64,000 nt of DNA from Aureliella sp. GTDB taxonomy: Bacteria > Planctomycetota > Planctomycetia > Pirellulales > Pirellulaceae. The notes beneath the pieces are model-generated. The model did not search any database, was not told where the DNA came from, and saw only the letters and a list, made by a program, of their open reading frames with translations. The position numbers were made by a program, and so were the translations under genes. Each line of letters begins with the position of its first letter. The first letter of the stretch is position 1. Where the stretch lies: positions 2,496,001 through 2,560,000 of the forward strand of contig OY829846.1 in assembly GCA_963691875.1 (NCBI GenBank), written 5' to 3'. Positions 33,001 to 45,784 of this stretch are shown piece after piece.

Positions 33001-34209
33001 GCTATAGGCTGCCACCCAAACATCTTCAAAGCGAGATAGCTCTTCCTCGAGTCGTATTTGATACTGGACGACAACTTCACCGCCGAGGAATATCCAAGCC
33101 AGCTGATCTCCAAAAGTCCAGGTGTGAATCGGAGCGGGATGGGATTCGGGCAATCGACCTTTTTCACTCCAAGTCTCTAGTAGCTTGCGTGCCCAACGAG
33201 CACGGTTGGCGTCTGGATCTTCACGCCAGGCATCTAACTGCTTTCTTGAGGGAAGCTCTGCGGATAGTCCGGCGTAACCGAAACTTGCTTTCGGCGATGA
33301 ACTGATAGGTTGGAGGGCTTTACTTCGAACCACGCCATCTACGGCGTGAGCCATCTCGTGGCCATGCTTCACGGCGATCTCATAGCTGTCGCGAGGCTCA
33401 GGATTGGCATCCGCTCCGCAGCCGATGATGGGCAAGAATGTAGCACCCTTATGTAGTTCTTCTAGCTCGGACGCAGCGATCCCCGCCCAATCTCCTGTCA
33501 CCTCGTTGAACGCAGGCCCCATTGTCGTGCAATGGCAGGCATACTGAAACACCGCACCGCTTAGTTTGTCGTTCGCATCTCGAACGACCAGCACCCGGAC
33601 TCGGCGATCCGTTGGGCCATCCGGAGTCACGCCAAAACCCGTCCATGTACCATCCTTGATGACTCGCCGATGAGCAGCGAAGCCTGCTTTACCTGTCCCT
33701 ACCGAGAGCTTACAAAGCCGGCGTCGAGCAATTGCTTCATTCGCCGCCGCAACACACTGATCGTGAACAAAATCACGATACTTGCGTAGAGCATCGTTCT
33801 GCTCTTCGGATGGCAGCACGCGGAACAAATTTGTAAGCCCACCCACAATCTGAGGTGCGGTGTGTGAATGCGTTGAGCAAAGAACAAGACGAGACCGCTC
33901 TAGTGCATGCTGCTTATTGATTGCTTCCAACAGCCGTTCTGTCTGAGAAGCCAAAACTGCGATGCCTTCAACCGAGACCATAACGCAAATATTGTCCTCG
34001 TCACCAATCGCCATGGCTCGGACGGACAAAGGGTCTCGAACTCCGGTGCTCACGTCAGTGCGTGCTCCGTAGCCGCTTAGTCGAAGCGGCTGCTTAGGAG
34101 TGATATCGCGCGTCGCAAATCCAACCGGCACGAGCTCGGTGTCATCGGCGTACAACTTCGGGATCGCGAACTGGATCGCGATCAGAATGAGTACAAATTT
34201 GGTATTCAT
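30043..34209 (-). CDS. Neutral/alkaline ceramidase-like domain fused to a PVC-type membrane dehydrogenase / cytochrome c
   Basis: RDITP, LSGYGAR, STHSHTAP, YACHCT, GADANP, GGYE; then LPDGFEIELVAMEP, VVEMGDYP, FTSAC, RPV; C-terminal CAVCH and SLMPEG. Confidence 0.88.
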   Translation of the reverse strand: MNTKFVLILIAIQFAIPKLYADDTELVPVGFATRDITPKQPLRLSGYGARTDVSTGVRDPLSVRAMAIGDEDNICVMVSVEGIAVLASQTERLLEAINKQHALERSRLVLCSTHSHTAPQIVGGLTNLFRVLPSEEQNDALRKYRDFVHDQCVAAANEAIARRRLCKLSVGTGKAGFAAHRRVIKDGTWTGFGVTPDGPTDRRVRVLVVRDANDKLSGAVFQYACHCTTMGPAFNEVTGDWAGIAASELEELHKGATFLPIIGCGADANPEPRDSYEIAVKHGHEMAHAVDGVVRSKALQPISSSPKASFGYAGLSAELPSRKQLDAWREDPDANRARWARKLLETWSEKGRLPESHPAPIHTWTFGDQLAWIFLGGEVVVQYQIRLEEELSRFEDVWVAAYSDDVFAYIAAENMRSAGGYEVDYSMVYYSQPGRWQAGTEDLLVRRVHEILDVSTQEELEKSPEQSMACMRLPDGFEIELVAMEPLISDPVNLAFAADGSVWVVEMGDYPLGKNGGRVKCLTDSDGDGQLDTADLFLDGLEYPTSVLPWRDGAIVIAAPDIFFARDTNGDGIADERRVLLTGVGHANPQHRASGFDWGLDGMVYFGSGYSSKLGPPGEEGIGVGGVDLRWNPDTGELQRLPGSTQFVRSRDRWGRWYGNNNSVPLFHFPVERYDILSRNASVPRTQLVLQPGVAPPIYPRSRTVDRFNDMFAENRFTSACSSIVLRGTGLGNEMQDAALVCEPVHNLVARFKLSNDGPFVSGKRFKVDQKYDFISSSDTWSRPVRAVEAPDGSLWIVDMYRRVIEHPEWIPDAWQDRLNLRAGEHAGRIYRVTKSGSGDWRSMNLQAQKTSDLIDALRSPSGTLRDLTCQQLLWREPKGLRQMVLHLLESEDAAVRLQAFCLLRAAGIETKADWQRILYDAEPQVVARALRLASQGSHNAEVAMLEFARAPTAKNPAVQLSLLVALGDSASDAANEPFSRLISELGGTKWAEDAISLASEKKAPIAIRALLSWLESHESISPQQWQNLQRCIESLWSRCDEQSRLELGKSLTELNGKLTSVQWMLLLVAARVGIPDAERKSLEQAAVQIREQMTDNAIPLAFRLRATQLLGSSLLPVSQQLTDLRVMLRPDQPGRIREAALAAAYRIESDEIASVLLSAWHELVPAERTSAGATLLQRRSWVLQLVDALEQGDIAISDLDTSTLSGLQNYEAYDVMKRLGTLVAKPTPNQRIELLESYLQQIDQLAGEASDTERGKRLFQEHCAVCHQRGLRSSYELSTSIGPAISNLKKWSKAQWVSAVLDPNATVEGKYKQYKVLTKSGQVFSGVVLEQTDLSLKLGLANGKNMIIERSEIENLTDSRVSLMPEGFETKLKPQDLNAIIEFLRAL

Positions 34210-34242
34210 AACAGCCTCGCTTGCCCAAACAGAACTTGATAC

Positions 34243-34704
34243 CTAGGAATCCTTCTTTGCTGGGTGCACTTCAAGTGCTTCCCACTGTTCATCAATTTCC
34301 TTCTGCTCACCCTGGGAATCAGGATAAAGCACGAAGTTGTCTCGGGCGAATTCGCATAGCCGAAGGACCTCTTTTCTCAGATGTCGAACGTGGGGCTCAT
34401 GCCATCCACTGAAGTGATGCTTAGGCCCCTGAGGGAGAATCCACTCCTCGCGATCATCGCGGCATTCTGACGGGACGAGCTCAGTTCCTCCTACGTAAGA
34501 AGCAAGCACGGGATACGAGTAGGCGAAAGCTTTTCCACACATCGCCATGAATTCCTCACGATAACGCTCTGAGTGCTCCCTAGACCTCAACTGTGCCTCA
34601 TCCAGAGTCAGCCCGCAAAAGTTCTTCCAAGTGCATTGATTATCCAGATCGCCAAGATAGGGATCCGAGTCCTGCTCCGCCAGAAGCTCGTCACTTTTTT
34701 CCAT
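34243..34704 (-). CDS. Hypothetical protein
   Basis: Open frame from ATG 34704 (DPYLGDLD, WKNFCGLTLDEA, EEFMAMCGKAFAY); the upstream extension overlaps the neighbouring gene. Confidence 0.55.
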   Translation of the reverse strand: MEKSDELLAEQDSDPYLGDLDNQCTWKNFCGLTLDEAQLRSREHSERYREEFMAMCGKAFAYSYPVLASYVGGTELVPSECRDDREEWILPQGPKHHFSGWHEPHVRHLRKEVLRLCEFARDNFVLYPDSQGEQKEIDEQWEALEVHPAKKDS

Positions 34705-34765
34705 CTTTGCCCGCGCCGAAATTAAATACTTCACGATAACGAATGCACCCGTTTCATTTTGCTGT

Positions 34766-36079
34766 TTATGCCCAGTCTCGCGCGGCGCGAAAACGCAACC
34801 GATTGGCATCGTCATCATCCACAAAGGTCTCTGTCTTCGGATCGATGGTGAGTTTTCGACCAAGTATCCAAGACAAAGCAGCAGCGTGGCAGGCAATATG
34901 CGACCGTCGCATCACCGTTGGATTACAGACGGTTTGCTCCCTACTCTTGACGCAATCGAAGAAGTTCCTGGCGTGAGCTCCGACATCAAGTCCACGTACG
35001 CGTTTCGTTTGATCAATCTCTTTGCGTAGAGCTTCGGAGCTGGTGACAATCTCACCTTCATCACCGGTTTCTACACTTCCTTCACTGCCCTTGAAACGAA
35101 CGGGGCAAGTGCCGAGCCGCGTTATCCAGCGAGGACCGCGGTTTCCAAAAGGATCTTCGAGGAAGTCAACCTCTAACCGAACTCCATTGGCATACTGACA
35201 GATGATGTTCTTCTCAGTCGACTCATAGCTAATCGGCATCGTATCGTCGGCTTGATTGGCCCACTGACACAAGTCAACTGTGTGCGCGCCCCAGTCGAGA
35301 AGTCGCGCGCCGCTATCGAAATCATGAATGCCTCGCCAACGACCCTCCACATACTTTTTGTTGTAAGGTCGCCAAGGTGCGGGGCCGAGCCACATATTCC
35401 AATCACAGTCTTGCTTGGCCGGTGTTGACTCCGATGGCAACCAAGCGTTATCCAGCGTGGGAACGTAAACCGTCGCATGAAGAGATTGGATTTCGCCAAG
35501 TTCTCCACTATGTGCAAGCTCGACGACTTTCTGGAAGTTCGGGACGCTCCGGCGTTGCGTACCAGCTTGGAAGATTCGTCCGGTTTTCTTAAATACCTTG
35601 GAAATATTCTGGCAGTCGCCAATGGTGATCCCGCATGGCTTTTCACTGTACACGTCTTTGCCTGCTTCGGCTGCAGCAATCGAAGCAGCTGCGTGCCAAC
35701 GGTCCCCGGTTGCGATGATGACGGCATCAATATCTTCTCGCGCAAGTAGCTCGCGGAAGTCTCGATAGAGCTTCAAGTCACTGCTTCCATAGTGACCATC
35801 GATGAGCTTCTTTCCTTTTGCGCGTCGCGATTGCTGTACATCTGCGAGCGCCACACATTGGACATCCGGCAGCTTCAAAATCGACTTCATGTCGTAAGTA
35901 CATCGTGGCCCAATTCCGATTACGCCCAGCGTAATTTTTTCAGAAGGCGCGACGAACGCACCATTGCCCATCGCTTTAGAAGAAACAAAGTATGGCGCGG
36001 CGGCAGCCGTTGCTGCAGTCCCTTGCAAAAACTTTCTGCGAGCCAGTTTTGGGTTGGTGGTATTTTTCTGCTCAGACAT
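34766..36079 (-). CDS. Gfo/Idh/MocA family oxidoreductase, Tat-exported
   Basis: RRKFLQG, LGVIGIG, ATGDRWH, KDVYSEKP, QAGTQRRS, WLGPAP, DWGAH. Confidence 0.92.
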   Translation of the reverse strand: MSEQKNTTNPKLARRKFLQGTAATAAAAPYFVSSKAMGNGAFVAPSEKITLGVIGIGPRCTYDMKSILKLPDVQCVALADVQQSRRAKGKKLIDGHYGSSDLKLYRDFRELLAREDIDAVIIATGDRWHAAASIAAAEAGKDVYSEKPCGITIGDCQNISKVFKKTGRIFQAGTQRRSVPNFQKVVELAHSGELGEIQSLHATVYVPTLDNAWLPSESTPAKQDCDWNMWLGPAPWRPYNKKYVEGRWRGIHDFDSGARLLDWGAHTVDLCQWANQADDTMPISYESTEKNIICQYANGVRLEVDFLEDPFGNRGPRWITRLGTCPVRFKGSEGSVETGDEGEIVTSSEALRKEIDQTKRVRGLDVGAHARNFFDCVKSREQTVCNPTVMRRSHIACHAAALSWILGRKLTIDPKTETFVDDDDANRLRFRAARDWA

Positions 36080-36279
36080 GAATCGTGCCTCGGAGGGAAG
36101 CTGGAGGATCAATCGCTAGGGTAGAATACCCAGCTTAACATAGTCGTCGATGCTGAACCAAGGAAGCGCGCGAGCTTGGCTGCATTCGACCTGAGAATGT
36201 AAACGCACATTGCCTTAACAGTGCTGCCCTCGTATGCGATCCACTGCGGAACACATGCCGTGTCCTCCCGAATTTTTTT

Positions 36280-36710
36280 ACCTTTGACTCTACTCACCGC
36301 CATGTTCTAGGTGCTAATGAAGCGCCTTCAACACTACTTTGTGCGATGGATTGGCGCGAGGGCGGCGCTCCCTGGAATTCAGGACCCTTGCGAGATGGCT
36401 TTCGAGGCTAAAGCAGCTGGTTTGTCGAAGTTAAACGGGCCGGACGCTATCGTGTGACGCTCTGCCGCGCCATGAAGGAGACATCGCTACCGCTGAAAGC
36501 TGATAGCGGTGAAGTCAAGATTGGTACCAACACTGCCAAGCACAATCTCCAACCTGGAGATACAGAGTGTGCCTTGGAACTCGATTTAGAACCCGGCGAA
36601 TAGTACCCGGCGAATTCGCTTTGCAATCGATACTTGCAAAGAGCGACAAGTTTGTCAAGCCACAGACCTGGGGTGACAATTTTGCTTAAGTCGATTTTCT
36701 GAAGCCAGCC
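36280..36710 (+). pseudogene. C-terminal remnant of an arylsulfatase-like protein
   Basis: One frame reads RHVLGANEAPSTLLCAMDW, PWNSG, *SSWFVEVKRAGRYRVTLCR, LELDLEPGE* (TAA 36409, TAG 36601); after a short ACCCGGCGAAT duplication it continues PGEFALQS..WGDNFA*VDFL; no catalytic domain upstream. Confidence 0.55.
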
Positions 36711-37125
36711 GGAAAGGGAAGCGAAAATGAACTCGTCTGTACATGTGTCGACTTAGTTTTGGTTTCTTCGGTAACATCTTTCGGGCAACCCCGTGGTGGA
36801 ATCAGCGTCGTCTGCAAAAGGATACTGGAGAGGAATCCGATTGATGCAGCATCATGGCGGTAGAGACTTTCTACCGCTGAGTCCTGGCTGCAGTTCAGAA
36901 AAACGACTTCACCATCGAAAACATTAGGAAACTCCACCCAGTATTGAATCCCACCGCCGAACGCTTGACCTTGCAGTTCATGGATGGCAATCGAGTCACG
37001 CTTGTCGGTTCGAATTAGCATTGGCATTTTGTCCCTACGAGCAACAACAAGCAGAAATCTAAGCTCCAAGTTGTTAAAATCGTGTCAACGAATACTCACT
37101 CAATCCAACTATCCGAAGAATATAC

Positions 37126-38490
37126 ATGTCAATCCCGCCTCAATCTCAACCATGTTGTTCTGTTCAAAGGCTCTTATGTAGCATCGCCTTGTGTTCTCTC
37201 GTACTCTCGACAAGTGTGCGGGCAGACAACTGGCCGCACTGGCGAGGCGACTCGGGCAACAGCACAGCTCCGCACGCAAGCCCGCCGACCCAGTGGAGCG
37301 GCAGCAAGAACGTGAAATGGAAAGTAGCCGTTCCTGGCCGTGGCTCTGGTTCGCCCATCGTCTGGGAAGACCAAGTTTTCGTCGTTACCGCTGTTCCTAG
37401 TGCCTCACCTCGTCCAGTGTCTTTCAACCCACAGCAACGCGGCCAGCGTGGGCAAGGTCGCGGCGGACGAGGAAACGCCTTTCCGCTGCAACAACTTGAC
37501 TTCAAAGTCTTTTGCTTCTCGCGGACGGACGGATCTCTGCAGTGGGAAAAAACGGCCGTCAGTGCGAAACCGCATGAGGGCACGCACAGCACTAATGGCT
37601 TTGCATCAGCCTCTCCAACAACCGACGGCAAGCACGTTTACGTGCACTTTGGCTCTCGAGGGCTTTACTGCTACACCATGTCGGGCAAGCTGAAGTGGAA
37701 GCGTAGTGACTTTGGAAAAATGACAACGCGTGCCACCTTCGGCGAAGGTAGCTCACCGACACTTGTCGACAACATGGTTGTCGTGCCTTGGGACCACGAA
37801 GGAAAATCGTCGATTTATGCCCTCGACAAAACGACAGGGAAGACGATTTGGAAAACCGAGCGCGACGAACCAACTTGCTGGGCCACGCCGCTGATCGTCA
37901 GTCACCATGGCAAGAAGCAAGTTGTAATGAACGGACAGAACTATGCTCGCGCCTATGATTTGTCCTCTGGGAAAGAACTCTGGCGCTGCGGTGGCCAGAC
38001 GGATCGTCCTGTTGCATCGGCAGTTACAGAAGACGGTTTAGTTTTCGTTGGGAGTGGATTTCGCGGTTCTTTCCTGGGCGCTTTTCGCCTAACAGGAACG
38101 GGCGACATCGCTGGCAGCCAGCATGTTGCCTGGACGACCAGCCGCGACACGCCTGATATTGCTTCTCCGTTGCTGACTCAGGGACGACTGTACTACCACA
38201 AGGGCAAGTCAGGCATTATTACTTGCGTGAATGCCAAGACCGGCGAGCCAAACTACGAGGCTCAGCGACTGGGAGCGCTCGGTGATATGGTCTACGCCTC
38301 GCCAGTCGCCGCAGGCGGATACGTTTACTTTACGGGCCGAAACGGAACGACCGTCGTGATCAAGGATTCCAATCAATTCGAGATTGTTGCGACGAACTCG
38401 CTGGGCGAAGGCGTCGATGCCACTCCCGCTCCGGTGGACAACGAATTGTTCGTCCGTGGCGAGAAGCACTTGTTCTGCATTTCCCAGTAA
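37126..38490 (+). CDS. PQQ-like beta-propeller repeat protein (BamB-like)
   Basis: Signal peptide, ADNWPHWRG, NVKWKVAVPGRGSGSPIVW, ASASPTTDG, YASPV, FVRGEKHLFCI. Confidence 0.9.
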   Translation: MSIPPQSQPCCSVQRLLCSIALCSLVLSTSVRADNWPHWRGDSGNSTAPHASPPTQWSGSKNVKWKVAVPGRGSGSPIVWEDQVFVVTAVPSASPRPVSFNPQQRGQRGQGRGGRGNAFPLQQLDFKVFCFSRTDGSLQWEKTAVSAKPHEGTHSTNGFASASPTTDGKHVYVHFGSRGLYCYTMSGKLKWKRSDFGKMTTRATFGEGSSPTLVDNMVVVPWDHEGKSSIYALDKTTGKTIWKTERDEPTCWATPLIVSHHGKKQVVMNGQNYARAYDLSSGKELWRCGGQTDRPVASAVTEDGLVFVGSGFRGSFLGAFRLTGTGDIAGSQHVAWTTSRDTPDIASPLLTQGRLYYHKGKSGIITCVNAKTGEPNYEAQRLGALGDMVYASPVAAGGYVYFTGRNGTTVVIKDSNQFEIVATNSLGEGVDATPAPVDNELFVRGEKHLFCISQ

Positions 38491-38530
38491 TTTCTTACAG
38501 CGTTGCCACGAGCCGCTTTTGAAACAGCAA

Positions 38531-39742
38531 TTAGTGGGCAGGGTTGGCGTACCAGATGACGCCCAACCCTCGCCCTTCATGACGCTCTTCGCAAGTCAAG
38601 ATGTCGAGATCGCCGTCTTGATCGATATCTACGAGTTCTATCAGATCAAACTTGATTCCATCTGGGCCACTGACGTCGTGCCATCGCCATTGAGTTTCGG
38701 ATTTCTTCAAATAGATCACACCGCGTTTCGGCGGGTTCGCTGACTCGCAGCTATACACAATCTCGTCTTGGCCATCTCCGTCCAAGTCTCCAACCGCGAG
38801 CCCTTTTGCATTGCCAAACTTTGGAATCGGCACGACCGGAATAGATTGCACCTCCCAATCAGCGGTCTTCGCATCGATCTGTTTGCAATGGTAGTGCAAG
38901 ATAGTGTTCGGTTTCTCAGCAACATGAATGTGAACTCCGCCCTGTTTGATTGCGACATCCATAAACATCACCTGTCTACCGGTAGGGCCAATGCGATGCT
39001 GCGTCCAGTCCAGAGCATCTTTGCCTGGATTCTCCAGCCAGTAGACACCAGACTGTGATGACTTTCGATCGTCATAAAGGATGTCGTTGTCGCCGTCTCC
39101 GTCCATGTCAATTGCGAACACGGACATGATCCAACTTGCCTTGGCCAGTTTCTGAATCCGCCACTCCTTCGAACCTGATCCTTTGCGACGAAGCAAGGCG
39201 ATCTGCCCATTGGGATCTTTGCTGGCTAATATCATCGGCGCACTTCCGCTATTCTTTGCGTCAAGCGAGACTGCAAACATCCAGCGCGTAACGTTTTTGC
39301 TGCAATCCAGAACTTCGTGCCTCCAGGCATCCGCACGCATCAAATCGTTCCGATCAGAGGGAGCAAAGATCAAGTGTAAGCTTTGCTCTTTTCCTTCGCA
39401 GCTGCTGATTACGTCCAGCTGTCCGTCACCATCGAGATCTACCCAAGCAGCGTCTTCTGTTGAAGGAGTTTTGCCTAAATCAACAAAGGGCCAAGGACTA
39501 GTTGCTTTCGCTCGTCCAGGATGAAAGTATGCCCGTGTTCGTCCGCTCTCTTCCCAGCCTGTAACGATATCGAGCAGGCCATCTTTGTTGGCATCCGCCA
39601 GTTTCACACCATCGGCGCCACGCAATTCATCATCGATCGCGTAGCGTTTCCAATACTCCTGACCTGCCGCAGAACAGGCCAAAGAGCAGATGCACAAGAC
39701 AGCCTTACAATACCTGAGGGCCACCCAACTCCTTGAACTCAC
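38531..39742 (-). CDS. FG-GAP/VCBS repeat protein
   Basis: Repeated DxNxDG/DxDGDG motifs: DANKDG, DLDGDG, DMDGDG, DIDQDG. Confidence 0.85.
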   Translation of the reverse strand: MSSRSWVALRYCKAVLCICSLACSAAGQEYWKRYAIDDELRGADGVKLADANKDGLLDIVTGWEESGRTRAYFHPGRAKATSPWPFVDLGKTPSTEDAAWVDLDGDGQLDVISSCEGKEQSLHLIFAPSDRNDLMRADAWRHEVLDCSKNVTRWMFAVSLDAKNSGSAPMILASKDPNGQIALLRRKGSGSKEWRIQKLAKASWIMSVFAIDMDGDGDNDILYDDRKSSQSGVYWLENPGKDALDWTQHRIGPTGRQVMFMDVAIKQGGVHIHVAEKPNTILHYHCKQIDAKTADWEVQSIPVVPIPKFGNAKGLAVGDLDGDGQDEIVYSCESANPPKRGVIYLKKSETQWRWHDVSGPDGIKFDLIELVDIDQDGDLDILTCEERHEGRGLGVIWYANPAH

Positions 39743-39844
39743 AACGGACCTTTCAGAAAGAATAACTTATAAAGCTCTGGACTAGTTTTCTTACCCCTAA
39801 CCTTCACGGATTGCCAGAGTCAATTAGAGTTTTACATTGGCGAA

Positions 39845-39914
39845 GTGAACCGTACACGTCAGTGTTGGGCTGAACCAGGAAAACTCTGACCCGCTACTAG
39901 CGTCGTCGGCTCAC
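39845..39914. repeat. Decayed REP-like inverted repeat
   Basis: Right arm CCCGCTACTAGCGTCGTCGGCTCAC; left arm GTGAACCGTACACGTCAGTGTTGGG matches its reverse complement only partially. Confidence 0.45.
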
Positions 39915-39956
39915 AGATTGAGATTCTCAATTACCCTACCCTGAACAAAGAGCGGC

Positions 39957-43151
<3,195 letters not shown>

Positions 43152-43443
43152 CTAGGTCTCTCAAGGGTGGGAACAATCCGGGGCCTTCTAGACTGCTCTA
43201 TCGTAATTGCGGTTCCTGCGGGTAGCCGTTTGTCACTGAAGGAATTGGATAGAACTAAGCGATTCGTGGCTTAGGGTGCGACGAGCTGAACTTCAGTAAA
43301 CTGTAGCCGGTGCGAAGGCCTGCTGGTTGCATATCGCAGCTCGTTTTAATGAGTCAAAATGTATTCCGCACTCTTCCACCGCCCTGCCAGCTTGCTATCG
43401 ATGCATCTGGCTAATATTGCGCTCTTGAATTGAGGAACTTCTA

Positions 43444-44508
43444 ATGAGTATCAGGCGCCGACAACTGATAGCAGGTGTTTCCCTCTCTGCCCTTGCGTTT
43501 CAGCTGCGCGTGGTAGCATTCACTGGGCAAGACGAGCTTGGTTGGATAGCACCTCCTGCACTTCGTGAGGAGGACAAGGTGGTTTTCGTTGCTCCCGCTG
43601 GCCCTGTCGATTCAGCAAAAGTGGAAACGGCTCGGAGGACCTTCGAAACCCAAGGACTAGAAGTTGTTGTGCCGAGATCTCTCGCAAGTCGGAGCAGGGG
43701 CTATCTGGCAGGTAGCGATGCTGAACGCCTGGAAGAACTGAACAACGCGATCGCGGACCCGAACATCGCGGGCATCTTTCCGTTTCGAGGCGGCTACGGA
43801 CTGACGCGGATTCTAGACCGAATCGACTACGAAGGGCTCAGAAAGCACCCGAAGATTGTCGCTGGCTTTTCGGATATCACCGCATTGCACCTAGCCATCG
43901 CTAAAAAATCACGCTTGATCACTTTCCACTCACCAATGCCTCAGGCTTATCTATATGACAAAGATGAAGAGAACCCGGTAGTGACCAATTCCTTCTGGGG
44001 TTCCCTTCTGAGGGCAAGATACACGGTCGAACGTGCAAAAGGTTACAGTATCGAGCTGCCCGAGAATGGCCTACGTCCCAAAATGCTCGTCGGTGGCAGA
44101 GCCAGGGGGCGGTTGCTCGGTGGAAACCTCACTCTCCTATGCTCTACACTTGGAACGCCTTTCCAAGTTGACTTCCGAGGAAGTATTCTGTTCATCGAAG
44201 ATGTCGACGAAGCACCTTACCGCATTGATCGCTACCTGTCACAGCTCAGGCTCACTGGGATTTTGGACGATGTATCAGGAATCATCGTGGGTACGCTAAC
44301 GGATTCTCTAGCACGAGAGTCAACCGCTCAATCCGCATGCCAGGATATCTTCGAGCACTACTTTGCCGACCTCGGCGTTCCAGTCATAACAAACTTCCCT
44401 GTGGGCCACACGCGATTGAATCTGACCATACCTCATGGTGCCGAAGCAGAGCTCGATGCTGACGAAACAAGTCTTCGAATTCTCGAACGTACGATTTCAC
44501 CCGGATGA
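43444..44508 (+). CDS. LD-carboxypeptidase (peptidase S66) with Tat-like leader
   Basis: RRRQLI leader; YLAGSDAERL, RGGYG, GFSDIT (Ser), GGNL, LFIEDV (Glu), PVGH (His). Confidence 0.93.
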   Translation: MSIRRRQLIAGVSLSALAFQLRVVAFTGQDELGWIAPPALREEDKVVFVAPAGPVDSAKVETARRTFETQGLEVVVPRSLASRSRGYLAGSDAERLEELNNAIADPNIAGIFPFRGGYGLTRILDRIDYEGLRKHPKIVAGFSDITALHLAIAKKSRLITFHSPMPQAYLYDKDEENPVVTNSFWGSLLRARYTVERAKGYSIELPENGLRPKMLVGGRARGRLLGGNLTLLCSTLGTPFQVDFRGSILFIEDVDEAPYRIDRYLSQLRLTGILDDVSGIIVGTLTDSLARESTAQSACQDIFEHYFADLGVPVITNFPVGHTRLNLTIPHGAEAELDADETSLRILERTISPG

Positions 44509-44543
44509 GCCCGAGTCGCCGTTCGCGACGAGATCATTGAGCT

Positions 44544-45755
44544 TCAGAACAATCGTTTTGCAAACACAAAGCTTGCGTGACGGCGTGCATCGTAATTGGA
44601 GTCTCTCGGATTCAGGCTTGTAATTTTGGCCACCGGCGACACTGCCTCGAGGTACTGATCGTTTCCGAGATAGATTCCAGTATGGCGAATACGACCATGA
44701 GCGCCGATGAAGTACATGGTGTCACCACGACGCAGGCCGGCCGTATGCCAGCGTGTGGCAGTTAGCCGCCCCATCAAGAACTGTTGGTTCGAATCACGCG
44801 GCAGGTAGACTCCGACAGATTGAAATGCAGTCTGCACGAGTCCTGAACAGTCGATGCCATCGGACGTCTTTCCGCCCCACTGGTAACGAGTGCCTTGCAA
44901 AGCGAGGGCGTTACGCAGCACTTGCTCGATCGTTTCAGAACGATCCGCTGCCTTTTGGCAACGGGATTTTGGTAGAGAAACATGGGAGCCGTCCAGCAAT
45001 GCGACGAAGATAGTTTGGTCTGTTTCCTCAATCCACGTAAGTTGCGTCCCGGCTTGCAACGAGAGTCCGCTCTCAGTCCTGCAGTCGGACTGAACGTTGG
45101 CTCTAGGGCCAGACAAATAGTCTTCGAACTCACTCGCAGTGACTCGTTGCACGTCAGATGATGGCAAAAAACCGAGATAGCCATCTTGGCTATGCACGAG
45201 CAGGTGCGAATCCACCTCGTCCAGCAAGTAAACCGGTTCGGCATAAAGACATTCCGTAACCGTCTCGCCACGACCAGGCTCGCTCGTGCTGAATCGATGA
45301 GGTACTTTTACGAAACCCAACCGTGTTGCCCCAAGCGACGCACTCGGCAACGTTCGTATGTTGCTGGCGTCGACAGAAAGCGACATGGTTTTCAAGTAGC
45401 CAAGAAGCGCGTCTCGCGTTTCAGGGAACTCCACATAGCCGTCAAGCCGGACGCGATCGTCTGCATCCACTTTGGCCTTTACTTGAAAAGCGAACAGTCT
45501 CGTGTCGTTGGCCAGCTGCTGGCGGAAAAACTCGATGTACTGTTTTGCCCTGGTGACTTGCCCGCGAAGGTCGGGTTCGATGCGTCGGGCTAGTTCTTCT
45601 AACTTTTCAAGTTCGATCGGCGGTCGAGCTTTTTGCAAGACGTTGTCATCAGCCCAGCATGCACTTGTCGTCATCCACAATGCAAAGCAAACTGAACACA
45701 TCGGTAGAATCCTTCTGAGCCCATCGAGCAACCACAGTCCAGTGACAAGTCCCAT
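44544..45755 (-). CDS. NlpC/P60 (C40) peptidase with N-terminal BON-like and SH3-like domains
   Basis: YQWGGKTSDGIDCSGLVQ, LPRDS.QQ, HTGIYLG; VRLDGYVEFPE (BON-like), SQDGYLGF (SH3b-like); start uncertain. Confidence 0.9.
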   Translation of the reverse strand: MGLVTGLWLLDGLRRILPMCSVCFALWMTTSACWADDNVLQKARPPIELEKLEELARRIEPDLRGQVTRAKQYIEFFRQQLANDTRLFAFQVKAKVDADDRVRLDGYVEFPETRDALLGYLKTMSLSVDASNIRTLPSASLGATRLGFVKVPHRFSTSEPGRGETVTECLYAEPVYLLDEVDSHLLVHSQDGYLGFLPSSDVQRVTASEFEDYLSGPRANVQSDCRTESGLSLQAGTQLTWIEETDQTIFVALLDGSHVSLPKSRCQKAADRSETIEQVLRNALALQGTRYQWGGKTSDGIDCSGLVQTAFQSVGVYLPRDSNQQFLMGRLTATRWHTAGLRRGDTMYFIGAHGRIRHTGIYLGNDQYLEAVSPVAKITSLNPRDSNYDARRHASFVFAKRLF

Positions 45756-45784
45756 ATCAAACCCTGTTTCTGTACCCTCGGCTG

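Noticed and set aside
32206..33039. Long antisense or alternative-frame ORFs (e.g. 277 aa here, 231 aa at 16613, 222 aa at 19432 and 46184)
   Set aside because: Shadows of well-supported genes on the opposite strand, expected from codon bias.
36686..37069. 127-aa minus-strand ORF
   Set aside because: Overlaps the sulfatase-like remnant and has no family features.
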